From: Eledone cirrhosa
Lineage: Eukaryota
Reading direction: 5' to 3'
Length of the DNA: 64,000 nt
NCBI GenBank assembly: GCA_964016885.1
Contig: OZ024742.1
Location: 368,528,001 to 368,592,000 of the forward strand
Position numbers and translations under genes: made by a program. Of the stretch, positions 52,685 to 64,000 are shown one piece after another (position 1 is the stretch's first letter; each line of letters begins with the position of its first letter). A model generated the notes under the pieces. It did not search any database and was not told where the DNA came from. It saw only the letters and a program-made list of their open reading frames with translations.

Positions 52685-55600
52685 CTACAGGCTTATGTAA
52701 AGAGAAGGCCCATTCACACGGGCCATTCTCGCCACTTTCACCCACCTTTCATAAAAACGACTGGGGTGCAGCACCTCTCTCTCCATCCTGATCCTTCTTC
52801 CGAAATGATATCGGAAGAAACGGACCAGTTGTTGGCCAGAGAGAAAGGTGCCTGACCTCAGTCCTTTCAGACGCGTCCACCATACAACCTCTTTCGCCAT
52901 GGCTATTACGCACAGAAACACCGCCTCTGCTTCATCTTTGAAGGGGGGAAGCGGCTTGATCATTACAATAGACTCGGTGGTCAACCGGATCGGTCCCACC
53001 CTTGACAGCAGTTGTTCGACATAGCCCCACAGATCGGCTACGCCCGAGCAGTGTACCAATGCGTGTGCAACGGTTTCCTCGTCGCACACGCATCTGGGAC
53101 AGATCTTTTTGGCGGGGTCCCTACCCGGGCGCCCGTGTCTGTAGAGCCTTTCTCGAACGGGTAAAGCCCCTCGGTAGCACTGCCAGGCCAGGGACTTCTG
53201 GAAGTTGTCCATAGGTCCCGGGCTGAATGTCCTACCGAACAGGCTGGCCAGTTCGTCCTCCTCCATGTCTAGGGCTTCTCCGAGGGCGTCGTCGCACCTG
53301 CTGCGTACCAGCCCTCTATAGAATGTAGCGGTGGAGTCTCCACTGATAACCGGATCCGCCTGCCAGAGGGCGGTGAGCGCCTGAGCACACTCAGTGTGCC
53401 AGGCGCCCAGTTTTCTCGGTCTTTGCTTGACCCAGGATTGCAGCTCGGTGAGTGAGACGAGTCTGGGAAAGGTTCGTCTCACAAACGAGGCCCACACGGG
53501 TTGTCCGGTGAGGAATACGTAGAGGTGCCGTAGCCTTAATGCGTGTTTACGCATCATTAGCCACGGCATCCCCAGCCCTCCTTTCGAAGGGTGTTGACAG
53601 CAGATGGATCTCCTCACCATAGGAGCCCACCTCTTCCAAAGGAATTGGAAGAGCGCGCGCTCCATCTTGGTGAGGGTTTCCCTTGGGCAGGGCACTACGG
53701 TCAGGCGGTAGTAGATGACGGACGCTATGTAGGTGTTCGCCACCTCCGCCCGACCTTTCAGGGATAGTTTGCAACTGGCCCACTTCTGGGTCAGTGCAAA
53801 CACCCTGTTCGTAACCTCCGCCCAGTTTTTCTCCACCTGGAGGTCCGGTCCGAATCTGACCCCGAGCAACTTCACCGGGCCCTCCGTCCAGCGTCCGACG
53901 ACGCCATCGGAGGGCATCGGTCTGCCCCTCCACGTGCCGAGTTGCAAACCGATCGACTTGTCCCGGTTCAGCTTAGCCCCTGTGAACTTTTCGTACTCCT
54001 CCAGTAAGGTGCCGACCGCCTCGATTTCGGAGGCCGTCGACACCATTACTGTCACGTCATCGGCGTAGGCCGACACCGCTTTCCGCAATCCCGGTTCCAA
54101 CGGGATGCCCTGCAACAACTCCAACTTCCGCAGTAGTGGCTCGAGAGTCAACACATACAGAAGGGAGGAGAGAGGGCACCCTTGTCGGATGGACCGCGCG
54201 ATTTTGAACGGCTCCGAGAGGTAGCCGTTCACCTTGACCCTAGAGCAGATGCGGCTGCTGTGCATAGCAGTGATCCAGCCCCTGAAAACGGGTCCGAAGC
54301 CTGCCGCCGCTAGCACCGCATCCAGGTAGCCATGGTCGACCCTATCGAACGCCTTAGATTGATCCAAGTTGATCAGAGCCCCACCAAAGCCGGGTTCGTT
54401 CCCAACCCTCTCTATGATGTATCGCATGAGGTGGAGGTTGTCATGGATGGACCTGGACGGGATAGCGCATGTCTGCGCATCTCCCACCAGGTTGCCCACA
54501 ACAAGCGCCAACCTCTTTGCTAGCACCTTGGCCTAAATCTGTAACTCTGTATTTAGCAGAGTTATGGGCCTGAAGTTACTTATTTCGTCACCCTTGTTCT
54601 CGTCCTTCCTCACTAGCGTGACTACGCCCTTGGTCACAGTACAGGGAATTCTCCCGTTCTGTTGCCAGTTGCAGTAGACCGCCTCGAGGTGATCGGGGAA
54701 CAAGTCCGGCATAGCTAGATATAATTCGTAAGGAAGACCATCGAGACCCGGGGATTTGCGTTTGCCGCATTGGCTCAGCACGTCCTCTATCTCAGCAGCC
54801 GAAATCGGCTCCTCGCAGGACTTCGCCTCCCTGTCCGAGAGGCGCGGCAGGCCGTCGAGGTATGGACCGAAGTCCACGTTCCCAACCGGCTCCCCGCCCC
54901 TCCCGAACAGTCGGGCAAAGTGCCTTTGAAAGGCCTCACACATCTGCTTAGGCTCAAGAATCACCCGTCCATCCAGGTCTCGCAAAGACCGGATGGTGGA
55001 TTTAGTTCCACTGTTGGCCTCTGTCACGCGGGCCCAGCTAACAGCTTTGGTCCCCTCGTTCCTTAGAGCACGTATTTTACTTCGGAAAACGCAGCCTTCG
55101 TGCTTCGCGTCGAAAAACTGGCTCAAAGCCGTTCTCGACGCTAGCACTCTGGCCACGTCGCCGCTTCTAATTGCCTCTTCTACTCTATCTATTAGCTCCC
55201 TTTCCTTCCTATTCCTATCCGCAGCTAGAACCTTACTAAATTCTATCGAGACTACTCTAATCTCTCTCTTTAGAGATACCCACCACCTGCTGTTGACGAT
55301 CGATCCAGTCAACCGTTCCTTAACTAACGTACTAATCCGATTCCTGTAGGCTCTACTTGCCGGCAAGGACAAGTTGAGCTTCCAGTAACCGGGGCCCTGT
55401 CTATGCGTTCTATCAAGGTTGACCATGCAGGTCACCAACTTGTGGTCTGAATAGCCAAACATGAGCATTTCTGGACAACTTAAAAAGTCCCTGTCCTTAT
55501 TTCTAACTAAAAATCTATCTAGGTACGATCTAGATGATCCGCTGCGATTTGACCAAGACCAGGTTGGCACCGTCGGAAAATCTAGTCGAAATCTATCGGC

Positions 55601-56122
55601 CAGGTCAAATCGGCCGAGTAACCCCTTGAGGCTGTTGCACCCCTCTCTATCGGGACATGCCCCTGCATAGTCCCAACGTGCATCCAGGATACCATTCCAA
55701 TCCCCCACTAAAAGCAGGGAACGGGACGTCCCTAGAAAAGACTCCAGACGCTGGAAAAAGTCGGGCTGCTCTGTCCCAAAAGGGGCATATGCGGCTACCA
55801 GCCTAAAGGCTCCACCTTCACCACTGCCAAGGTCCAGCACCACCAGTCGACCCCCTGGGTCCAAGTGAACTATCTGTGTTGCAAGGCCCATATGTTTTTG
55901 CAGCAGAACGACAACCCCACCCCCACCTCCGGGCTGAGAGAGAGATGCGTGCATCTCAAAGTCGTCAAAGGTGGGGGCTAGCTGTCGCATGCTGCTGATC
56001 CGGGCCTCGCAGATAACCATCACATTTATAGATTGTGACCTGAGGTCATTTAGAAGCATTGCTTGCTTCCAAGATGAGCCCAGGCCACGGGAATTTAGAC
56101 ACCCTACTCTTAGCACAGCCAT
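52685..56122 (-). pseudogene. LINE ORF2 (APE endonuclease-RT-zinc finger) with a single premature stop at ~54533
   Basis: LNSRGL, CEAR, AYAP, GDWN, SYLDRF, SDH (APE), then RT motifs. TTG>TAG relative to copies A and D. Confidence 0.92.
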
Positions 56123-56146
56123 GTTGGTGGTATGGAGAAAAGGCAC

Positions 56147-57808
56147 TTACCTCTCTGCGTCCCGGGAAACGGGCCGCTCAATTTCCATGCTGGTTGGGGA
56201 TGGGTTGTTGGGTGGGTGGTGGTTTGTGGAAGTGAAGGGGCATCGGTGTGTTGTGGGGTTGGGGTGTTTGTGGTTGAGTGGGTGTCTGGGTGGGGGGGTG
56301 AATTTTTTTAGGAGGACGCGGTTGATTGGTTTGGCGCAGGGGTGGGTGGGGGGGGCACGTCCTCCGTGAAATTTATTTTCAGTGTTCTGTACAAGTGCAT
56401 TGGGACTTTTATCATTTTCAAATGAGGTAGTCCCACAGCAGTTATAAAGTTAGGCCCTTCAGTTTGGACCGAAGGGTTTGACGAAATTGTTTTCCGTAAT
56501 TCTTTGTTGTCTGTGTTCATGTATGTGTATTGTAAGGTCTTTTTTTGTGTAGCAGTTAGTGTTGTGTGACAGGGAGGGGTGGTTTGTGTGTAGTTTGTGT
56601 TCTCTTGGGGGGGGGGGGGGTTAAAGTTAACATGTGTGTCTGTGGTGCGTCTCCTCTTCTTTCTTTTTACTGTTTGGAAGGGATCTTTTTCGTCTTGCGA
56701 CGAAAGGAGTTCGTCTTCCTTGTAGGGTGGGAGGGGTATGTTTTCTGGTAGTGTTTGCGGTGTGCGTGTTTTTGTATTTGTTTTGGGTGGGGAGGGATTG
56801 GGTGGGACAGTATTCTGTGTTATTTTTTCACGTGTTTGTTGTTGCTGTTGTTGTGGTTGTGGTGGTGGGGGGTTGTTGGTTTTTGTTGTTGTTGTTGTTG
56901 TGGTTGTTTTTGTTGTTGTAGTTGGGGTGGTGTTGGTTTTGGTAGCAGTGTTTTTTTCTGTGTGAGCTGGGGACAGGCAGCCCTCAGGTGACCTCTATTG
57001 CCACAGAGGTAACAGGAGGGACGCCTACCCTCCACAATAATGTTGAGGTGGGTACGGTCATCCAGCATGACGCGCTCAGGGATTTGGGCGATGCGTTCTG
57101 GCCTTATTTGGGTCAGAACTTCGATGCTCGTTCCACTGAACGCGTCGCCGGATGCCTTCCCTATTGAAATGAGGTTTTCCTCGTCTAAATTGAGGAAACC
57201 GGTTAGTAACCACCAGTAGTTTATGTTTGGGGTGATGGTGGTTATCCATATCCTCTGGGGTTTTTTTACCCATGTAGGTGGGGAAGAAGGTGTAGTGTGT
57301 GGACCGAATTGGCGACACAGAGTATTTTTTCGCCGCCAATTCGTCTTTCATCAATATGGATAAACTCCCATAGAGTTTATCCTTTTGTATAAAAGTGATA
57401 TCTCTCATCGCGTCTTTCAAGACTAACTGAATTTTCGCTTGAGATGGTTGCGCTGGTTTTTTTGTTTTATTTAAAATTGTTCGGAATACGACAGTTCGTA
57501 ATTCCGTCTGTCTTTTTAGTTCTGGAGGTGAATGTATAGAAAACGAACCGTTTTCGCCAAAAGATACATATTTCTTGGCTTTTTCCAGCATTTCTTTTGC
57601 TTTTGAAATATCTTCCAGCACATAAGCGACTGATAATTTAGCCGTTTGTGCAAAAGATTTTTGTTTTCGCTTTGGATTTTAGTATTGTTTTGTTTCTCGT
57701 CGTTTGAGTTGTTTTCATCTTTGTTGTTGTTGTTGTTGTCTTTCTCGTTTGGTGTGTGGATACTTGTGACGTTTGTGTTGTTGTTGTTTTTGTTGTCTTT
57801 ATTGTTGC

Positions 57809-57839
<31 letters not shown>

Positions 57840-58016
57840 GTTTTCAAGTTCTTGTGTAGTTGTGGCTACATCTAGTGGTCGGTCAACAGGTGAAGACAAT
57901 TCTTCCTCTCTCTGACCTCTGTCTTTGGCATCTGCTGCTGTGACAGTGGCAGGGGGAAGCTGTGAGTATGACTTCCCCTTTCCTTCTTTGATTGATGGTG
58001 AAGATGCTTCAGCCAT
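56147..58016 (-). pseudogene. LINE ORF1 (gag-like, CCHC zinc knuckle), frameshifted
   Basis: MAEASSP.. start, N-rich low-complexity segment, CYLCGNRGHLRAAC knuckle; split over several frames. Confidence 0.85.
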
Positions 58017-58253
58017 TTTTCTCAAAATAGGGTTTTTCGAAGTTTTTCGAAAGATAAAATGTTCACAATACTATTTCGCCCAAAGGCGCAGAATATTTTG
58101 AGAGACCGACCAGATCAAAGTTTGACCTGGCAGTCCCTCTACAAAATGGTACAAAAATGAAAGTTTACAGTTTACAATTTTCGTATGAATTTAAACAAAA
58201 ACTTACCGAGCGAGCTCAGCACATGTGTCCATCGTAAAGAGATAGATAGTCGG

Positions 58254-58289
<36 letters not shown>

Positions 58290-58290
<1 letters not shown>

Positions 58291-61200
58291 GTTTCTTTTA
58301 TTTGCCACTAGGGCATCAAAAGTGGGACAAGTACAAAGGGGGGAGTTTACACAAAAAGGCGTCCTCAATAAGGAGGAGGCAATAACAAAATATAAAAATA
58401 AAATAAGATATAACAAAAATAAAATTTTTAACAAAATCCTCAATAGAGAGGAGGCGCCTTGGGGGGTCGCACACACCCCCGAAAAAAGTGTGCAACCCTT
58501 TTCCTCAGGAGCACAGAGAGGGGGTGCTCCCTCGTTCCTTCCTCTTTTCCACCTACAGGCTTATGTAAAGAGAAGGCCCATTCACACGGGCCATTCTCGC
58601 CACTTTCACCCACCTTTCATAAAAACGACTGGGGTGCTGCACCTCTCTCTCCATCCTGATCCTTCTTCCGAAATGATATCGGAAGAAACGGACCAGTTGT
58701 TGGCCAGAGAGAAAGGTGCCTGACCTCAGTCCTTTCAGACGCGTCCACCATACAACCTCTTTCGCCATGGCTATTACGCACAGAAACACCGCCTCTGCTT
58801 CATCTTTGAAGTGGGGAGGCGGCTTGATCATTACAATAGACTCGGTGGTCAACCGGATCGGTCCCACCCTTGACAGCAGTTGTTCGACATAGCCCCACAG
58901 ATCGGCTACGCCCGAGCAGTGTACCAATGCGTGTGCAACGGTTTCCTCGTCGCACACGCATCTGGGACAGATCTTTTTGGCGGGGTCCCTACCCGGGCGC
59001 CCGTGTCTGTAGAGCCTTTCTCGAACGGGTAAAGCCCCTCGGTAGCACTGCCAGGCCAGGGACTTCTGGAAGTTGTCCATAGGTCCCGGGCTGAATGTCC
59101 TACCGAACAGGCTGGCCAGTTCGTCCTCCTCCATGTCTAGGGCTTCTCCGAGGGCGTCGTCGCACCTGCTGCGTACCAGCCCTCTATAGAATGTTGCGGT
59201 GGAGTCTCCACTGATAACCGGATCCGCCTGCCAGAGGGCGGTGAGCGCCTGGGCACACTCAGTGTGCCAGGCGCCCAGTTTTCTCGGTCTTTGCTTGACC
59301 CAGGATTGCAGCTCGGTGAGTGAGACGAGTCTGGGAAAGGTTCGTCTCACAAACGAGGCCCACACCGGTTGTCCGGTGAGGAATACGTAGAGGTGCCGTA
59401 GCCTTAATGCGTGTTTACGCATCATTAGCCACGGCATCCCCAGCCCTCCTTTCGAAGGGTGTTGACAGCAGATGGATCTCCTCACCATAGGAGCCCGCCC
59501 CTTCCAAAGGAATTGGAAGAGCGCGCGCTCCATCTTGGTGAGGGTTTCCCTTGGGCAGGGCACTACGGTCAGGCGGTAGTAGATGACGGACGCTATATAA
59601 GTGTTCGCCACCTCCGCCCGACCTTTCAGGGATAGTTTGCAACTGGCCCACTTCTGGGTCAGTGCAAACACCCTGTTCGTAACCTCCGCCCAGTTTTTCT
59701 CCACCTGGAGGTCCGGTCCGAACCAGACCCCGAGCAACTTCACCGGGCCCTCCGTCCAGCGTCCGACGACGCCATCGGAGGGCATCGGTCTGCCCCTCCA
59801 CGTGCCGAGTTGCAAACCGATCGACTTGTCCCGGTTCAGCTTAGCCCCTGTGAACTTTTCGTACTCCTCCAGTAAGGTGCCGACCGCCTCGATTTCGGAG
59901 GCCGTCGACACCATTACTGTCACATCATCGGCGTAGGCCGACACCGCTTTCCGCAATCCCGGTTCCAAAGGGATGCCCTGCAACAACTCCAACTTCCGCA
60001 GTAGTGACTCGAGAGTCAACACATACAGAAGGGAGGAGAGAGGGCACCCTTGTCGGATGGACCGCGCGATTTTGAACGGCTCCGAGAGGTAGCCGTTCAC
60101 CTTGACCCTAGAGCAGATGCGGCTGCTGTGCATAGCAGTGATCCAGCCCCTGAAAACGGGTCCGAAGCCTGCCGCCGCTAGCACCGCATTCAGGTAACCA
60201 TGGTCGACCCTATCGAACGCCTTAGATTGATCCAAGTTGATCAGAGCCCCACCAAAGCCGGGTTCGTTCCCAACCCTCTCTATGATGTATCGCATGAGGT
60301 GGAGGTTGTCATGGATGGACCTGGACGGGATAGCGCATGTCTGCGCATCTCCCACCAGGTTGCCCACGACAAGCGCCAACCTCTTTGCTAGCACCTTGGC
60401 CAAAATCTGTAACTCTGTATTTAGCAGAGTTATGGGCCTGAAGTTACTTATTTCGTCCCCCTTGTTCTCGTCCTTCCTCACTAGCGTGACTACGCCCTTG
60501 GTCACAGTACAGGGAATTCTCCCGTTCTGTTGCCAGTTGCAGTAGACCGCCTCGAGGAGATCGGGGAACAAGTCCGGCATAGCTAGATATAATTCGTAAG
60601 GAAGACCATCGAGACCCGGGGATTTGCGTTTGCCGCATTGGCCCAGCACGTCCTCTATCTCAGCGGCCGAAATCGGCTCCTCGCAAGACTTCGCCTCCCT
60701 GTCCGAGAGGCGCGGCAGGCCGTCGAGGTATGGACCGAAGTCCACGTTTCCAACCGGCTCCCCGCCCCTCCCGAACAGTCGGGCAAAGTGCCTTTGAAAG
60801 GCCTCACACATCTGCTTAGGCTCAAGAATCGCCCGTCCATCCAGGTCTCGCAAAGACCGGATGGTGGATTTAGTTCCACTGTTGGCCTCTGTCACGCGGG
60901 CCCAGCTAACAGCTTTGGCCCCCTCGTTCCCTAGAGCACGTATTTTACTTCGGACAACGCAGCCTTCGTGCTTCGCGTCGAAAAACTGGCTCAAAGCCGT
61001 TCTCGACGCTAGCACTCTGGCCACGTCGCCGCTTCTAATTGCCTCTTCTACTCTATCTATTAGCTCCCTTTCCTTCCTATTCCTATCCGCAGCTAGAACC
61101 TTACTAAATTCAATCGAGACTACTCTAATCTCTCTCTTTAGAGATATCCACCACCTGCTGTTGACGATCGCTCCAGTCAACCGTTCCTTAACTAACGTAC

Positions 61201-61875
61201 TAATCCGATTCCTGTAGGCTCTCCTTGCCGGCAAGGACAAGTTGAGCTTCCAGTAACCGGGGCCCTGTCTATGCGTTCTATCAAGGTTGACCATGCAGGT
61301 CACCAACTTGTGGTCTGAATAGCCAACCATGAGCATTTCTGGACAACTTAAAAAGTCCCTGTCCTTATTTCTAACTAAGAACCTATCTGGGTACGATCTA
61401 GATGATCCGCTGCGATTTGACCAAGACCAGGTTGGCACCGTCGGAAAATCTAGTCGAAATCTATCGGCCAGGTCAAATCGGCCGAGTAACCCCTTGAGGC
61501 TGTTGCACCCCTCTCTATCGGGACATGCCCCTGCATAGTCCCAACGTGCATCCAGGATACCATTCCAATCCCCCACTAAAAGCAGGGAACGGGACGTCCC
61601 TAGAAAAGACTCCAGACGCTGGAAAAAGTCGGGCCGCTCTGTCCCAAAAGGGGCATATGCGGCTATCAGCCTAAAGGCTCTACCTTCACCACTGCCAAGG
61701 TCCAGCACCACCAGTCGACCCCCTGGGTCCAAGTGAACTATCTGTGTTGCAAGGCCCATATGTTTTTGCAGCAGAACGACAACCCCACCCCCACCTCCGG
61801 GCTGAGAGAGAGATGCGTGCATCTCAAAGTCGTCAAAGGTGGGGGCTAGCTGTCGCATGCTGCTGATCCGGGCCT
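58290..61875 (-). mobile_element. Tx1-clade LINE copy D, 5'-truncated within the APE N-terminus
   Basis: Near-identical to copy C; (GATA)n at 58240-58289 and 61876-61924. Confidence 0.95.
58553..61875 (-). CDS. Uninterrupted LINE ORF2 lacking only the first ~35-40 codons
   Basis: The 1128-aa ORF in the track, minus its repeat-derived N-terminus. APE YLD is changed to YPD. Confidence 0.88.
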
Positions 61876-61923
<48 letters not shown>

Positions 61924-61924
<1 letters not shown>

Positions 61925-62582
61925 TTCTTTATTTGCCACAGGGGCGTAGAAGACGTGACGGCGGGGTTTTTACATAAAATCTTTAACAATAATAATTGTT
62001 TCTACTTTAGGCACAAGGCCAGCAATTACCCAGTGCATTACTGGTACTTTATCTTATCGACCCCGTAAGGATGAAAGGCAAAGTCAACCTCGGCGGGATT
62101 TGAACTCAGATCGTAAAGAGACGTAACTATGCTTGAAAGCATGGCGTCCGACCCTCTACCGATACTGCCAATCCACTAATAATGGATAACAATAAACTAT
62201 ATACAAAATAAAACAATCGAAATCACCAATAGGGGTGAACGTTGCCGCGGGGTTGTTTTACACCCCGTGGATAGAACAACCCTCAACACCAGGAACACGT
62301 TTTGTAGGTTCCCGTCTTCCCTCTGTTTGTCTTCACTGGGGCCATTTTCGTCACATTTACCCACCTTTCAGCAAATTTACTGGGGTGTAGCTCCTCTCTC
62401 TCCACTCTCACATTCCTTCTGAAGTGGTACTTAAAGAAGGGGATGAGTTGTTGTCCGGAGAGAAAGGTGTTTGCCCTCAGTCCTTTTAACCTCGTCCACC
62501 ATATTACCTCTTTCGCCATAGCCACCAGACAGAGGAAAACCGCCACACCTTCATTCTTAAATGAAGGCGGTAGGGTGATCCT
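61924..62582 (-). mobile_element. Tx1-clade LINE copy E, 3' fragment of an older subfamily, interrupted by a SINE
   Basis: ORF 62283-62585 AVFLCLVAMAKEVIWWTRLKGL; 3' end GTGGCAAATAAAGAAA-(TCTA)n. Confidence 0.87.
61993..62177 (-). mobile_element. Meta-domain-like SINE nested in Tx1 copy E
   Basis: Same family as 20805-20998; AATAAT on both sides. Confidence 0.85.
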
Positions 62583-63075
62583 CATGATGGAGAGTACATG
62601 ATGAGGTCTGTGGAGCTCTCATCAAGGAGATCTTTGAGTCTCCTTTCCCACCATACCATAAAAAGGTTGGCAACGTCACCAGCTATGCTGACGCCAATGG
62701 CTGCTCCCTCACTTTGGGTGTAGATCTTCTCGTTGAATTTGAATATCTGGCCCTTTATGGTAGTTTTAATACTAACCCCTATTGCATGCGCGACCATTTT
62801 TCTCACCTGATCATTGTTTTGGGGATCCGTATGGCTTTGGTCCACCCAATCCACCTTCCCATGGGAGTCTTTTTTGCCATTGAGGTTATGGTGGGGGTCT
62901 ACCTCTTATGGGTCTACTGGGGCAGAAACGGCTAAGGTCATGGCTGTCTAGATACTCGGTGTCATAGGTAAGTCTAAGTAGGAGGCCCAGTTCATCTGTG
63001 TCGACGTCACAGAACTCCACCTCACTCTCACTGATCATCTCCACACATTTTTCCACAGCAAAATCAATGTTAATA
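62583..63075 (-). mobile_element. RT fragment of a divergent PLE clade (possibly Naiad-type)
   Basis: FKFNEKIYTQSEGAAIGVSIAGDVANLFMVWW is a PLE RT motif B' region unlike families A-C. Clade assignment is tentative. Confidence 0.7.
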
Positions 63076-63233
63076 GATTATAGAATTTAGTTTAAAATAG
63101 GTAGAAAACCCAGCAAAACATCAGACGAGATGGCACCTGGTTCATTTTGGCCAAGTTCTTTAAATATCTGAGTTCGAATCCTAGTCATCCAAGAATTGAT
63201 ATAATTAGTGTTGGTCAAAGACGGGTCATCCTA

Positions 63234-63234
<1 letters not shown>

Positions 63235-63264
<30 letters not shown>

Positions 63265-63392
63265 CTTCTTCTTCTTCTTCTTCTTCTTCTTCTTCTTCTG
63301 CCACTTATTCCCGAGGGGGTCATGGTGCCAGAGTCCTCAAACACTCCCTCTACCGGGTCCTGTCAGAAACAACCGTCTCTCAGCCTTAGCAA
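63235..63392 (-). mobile_element. LINE (RTE-like) 3' end with (AAG)n tail
   Basis: Minus translation VVSDRTR*RECL resembles the RTE C-terminal DRxxWR; (TTC)n at 63235-63299. Confidence 0.5.
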
Positions 63393-63504
63393 TGAAATGA
63401 CCAATGGAAACATTGTTTCCTTGGTCTCATCTGGTTTCTTTTCTTTTTGAAGGACCACAGACGTGTTAGAATCTGTTGGTTCAGGTGTAGCTCGGGGCAG
63501 AATA

Positions 63505-63680
63505 GTAATAACTGTTTCTCAGAGGAAAGTCGAATAAATCAACCCCAGTGTATTACTGGTACTTTATTTTATCGACCCTGTAAGGATGAAATGTAAAGCT
63601 AGCCTTGAAGGAATTTTAACTCAGAACGTAAATGGATGTAACTTTATACCGCAAAGCATGTTGTCCGACGTCCACGTCTC
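63505..63680 (-). mobile_element. Degenerate Meta-domain-like SINE
   Basis: CTGGTACTTTATTTTATCGACCCTGTAAGGATGAAA. Confidence 0.8.
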
Positions 63681-63773
63681 TTTAGATCTGAACAGCCGAT
63701 ATCTTCCAGAGAAAAAGAGAGCAAGAGAGAGTGATAGTGAAAGAGTGAGAGAGTGAGAGATAGAAAGGGTGAG

Positions 63774-63843
<70 letters not shown>

Positions 63844-64000
63844 GAAGTGATACTGGAAAGATAGACCTCGACGGAATATAAACTTAGAGTGCAAAGAGAC
63901 GGAATTATGGTGGAGAAACATCCTCTCTGATGTTCAAACAACTTCGACAAATCGTCACCTATTATATAAATATAAACACTTGAAAATAAGTAGTTTTGTA

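Larger units (their letters stand above)
52421..58238 (-). mobile_element. Tx1-clade LINE copy C, full-length
   Basis: 5' UTR, ORF1, ORF2 (APE + RT + ZF) and 3' UTR; bounded by (GATA)n. Confidence 0.95.

Noticed and set aside
56141-58210. GGTAAGT donor-like sites at the Tx1 5' UTR and ORF1 end (also in copy B)
   Set aside because: The second coincides with the probable ORF1 stop codon, and no acceptor or transcript evidence is available.
61876-61939. N-terminus MANKEIYLSIYLS of the 1128-aa ORF
   Set aside because: Chance in-frame read-through from copy E's 3' end and (TATC)n into truncated copy D.

Overview
Gene-free, extremely repeat-rich eukaryotic DNA. The repeat complement (CORE-type and Meta-domain tRNA-derived SINEs, dense (TA)n/(CA)n/(GATA)n) suggests a cephalopod, probably Octopus; this is inference. 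No host protein-coding exon could be supported. The window holds: (1) several Penelope-like elements (PLEs; RT plus C-terminal GIY-YIG, Nematis-type motifs), including a partial-tandem pair at 9.8-15.4 kb; (2) five Tx1-clade LINEs, each bordered by (GATA/TATC)n, four stacked head-to-tail over 16 kb at 46.8-62.6 kb; (3) about 17 hammerhead ribozyme motifs from about a dozen sequence families, mostly in short non-coding cassettes embedded in (TA)n and often in fold-back arrangement; (4) two loci of a ~259-bp unit carrying a complete tRNA-like cloverleaf in PLE-style tandem/inverted layout, without a canonical hammerhead; (5) a non-autonomous Helitron, CR1/RTE fragments, many SINEs, minisatellites (one containing TTAGGG) and a 200-N gap. 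All coordinates and comparisons were made by eye, so element boundaries are approximate.
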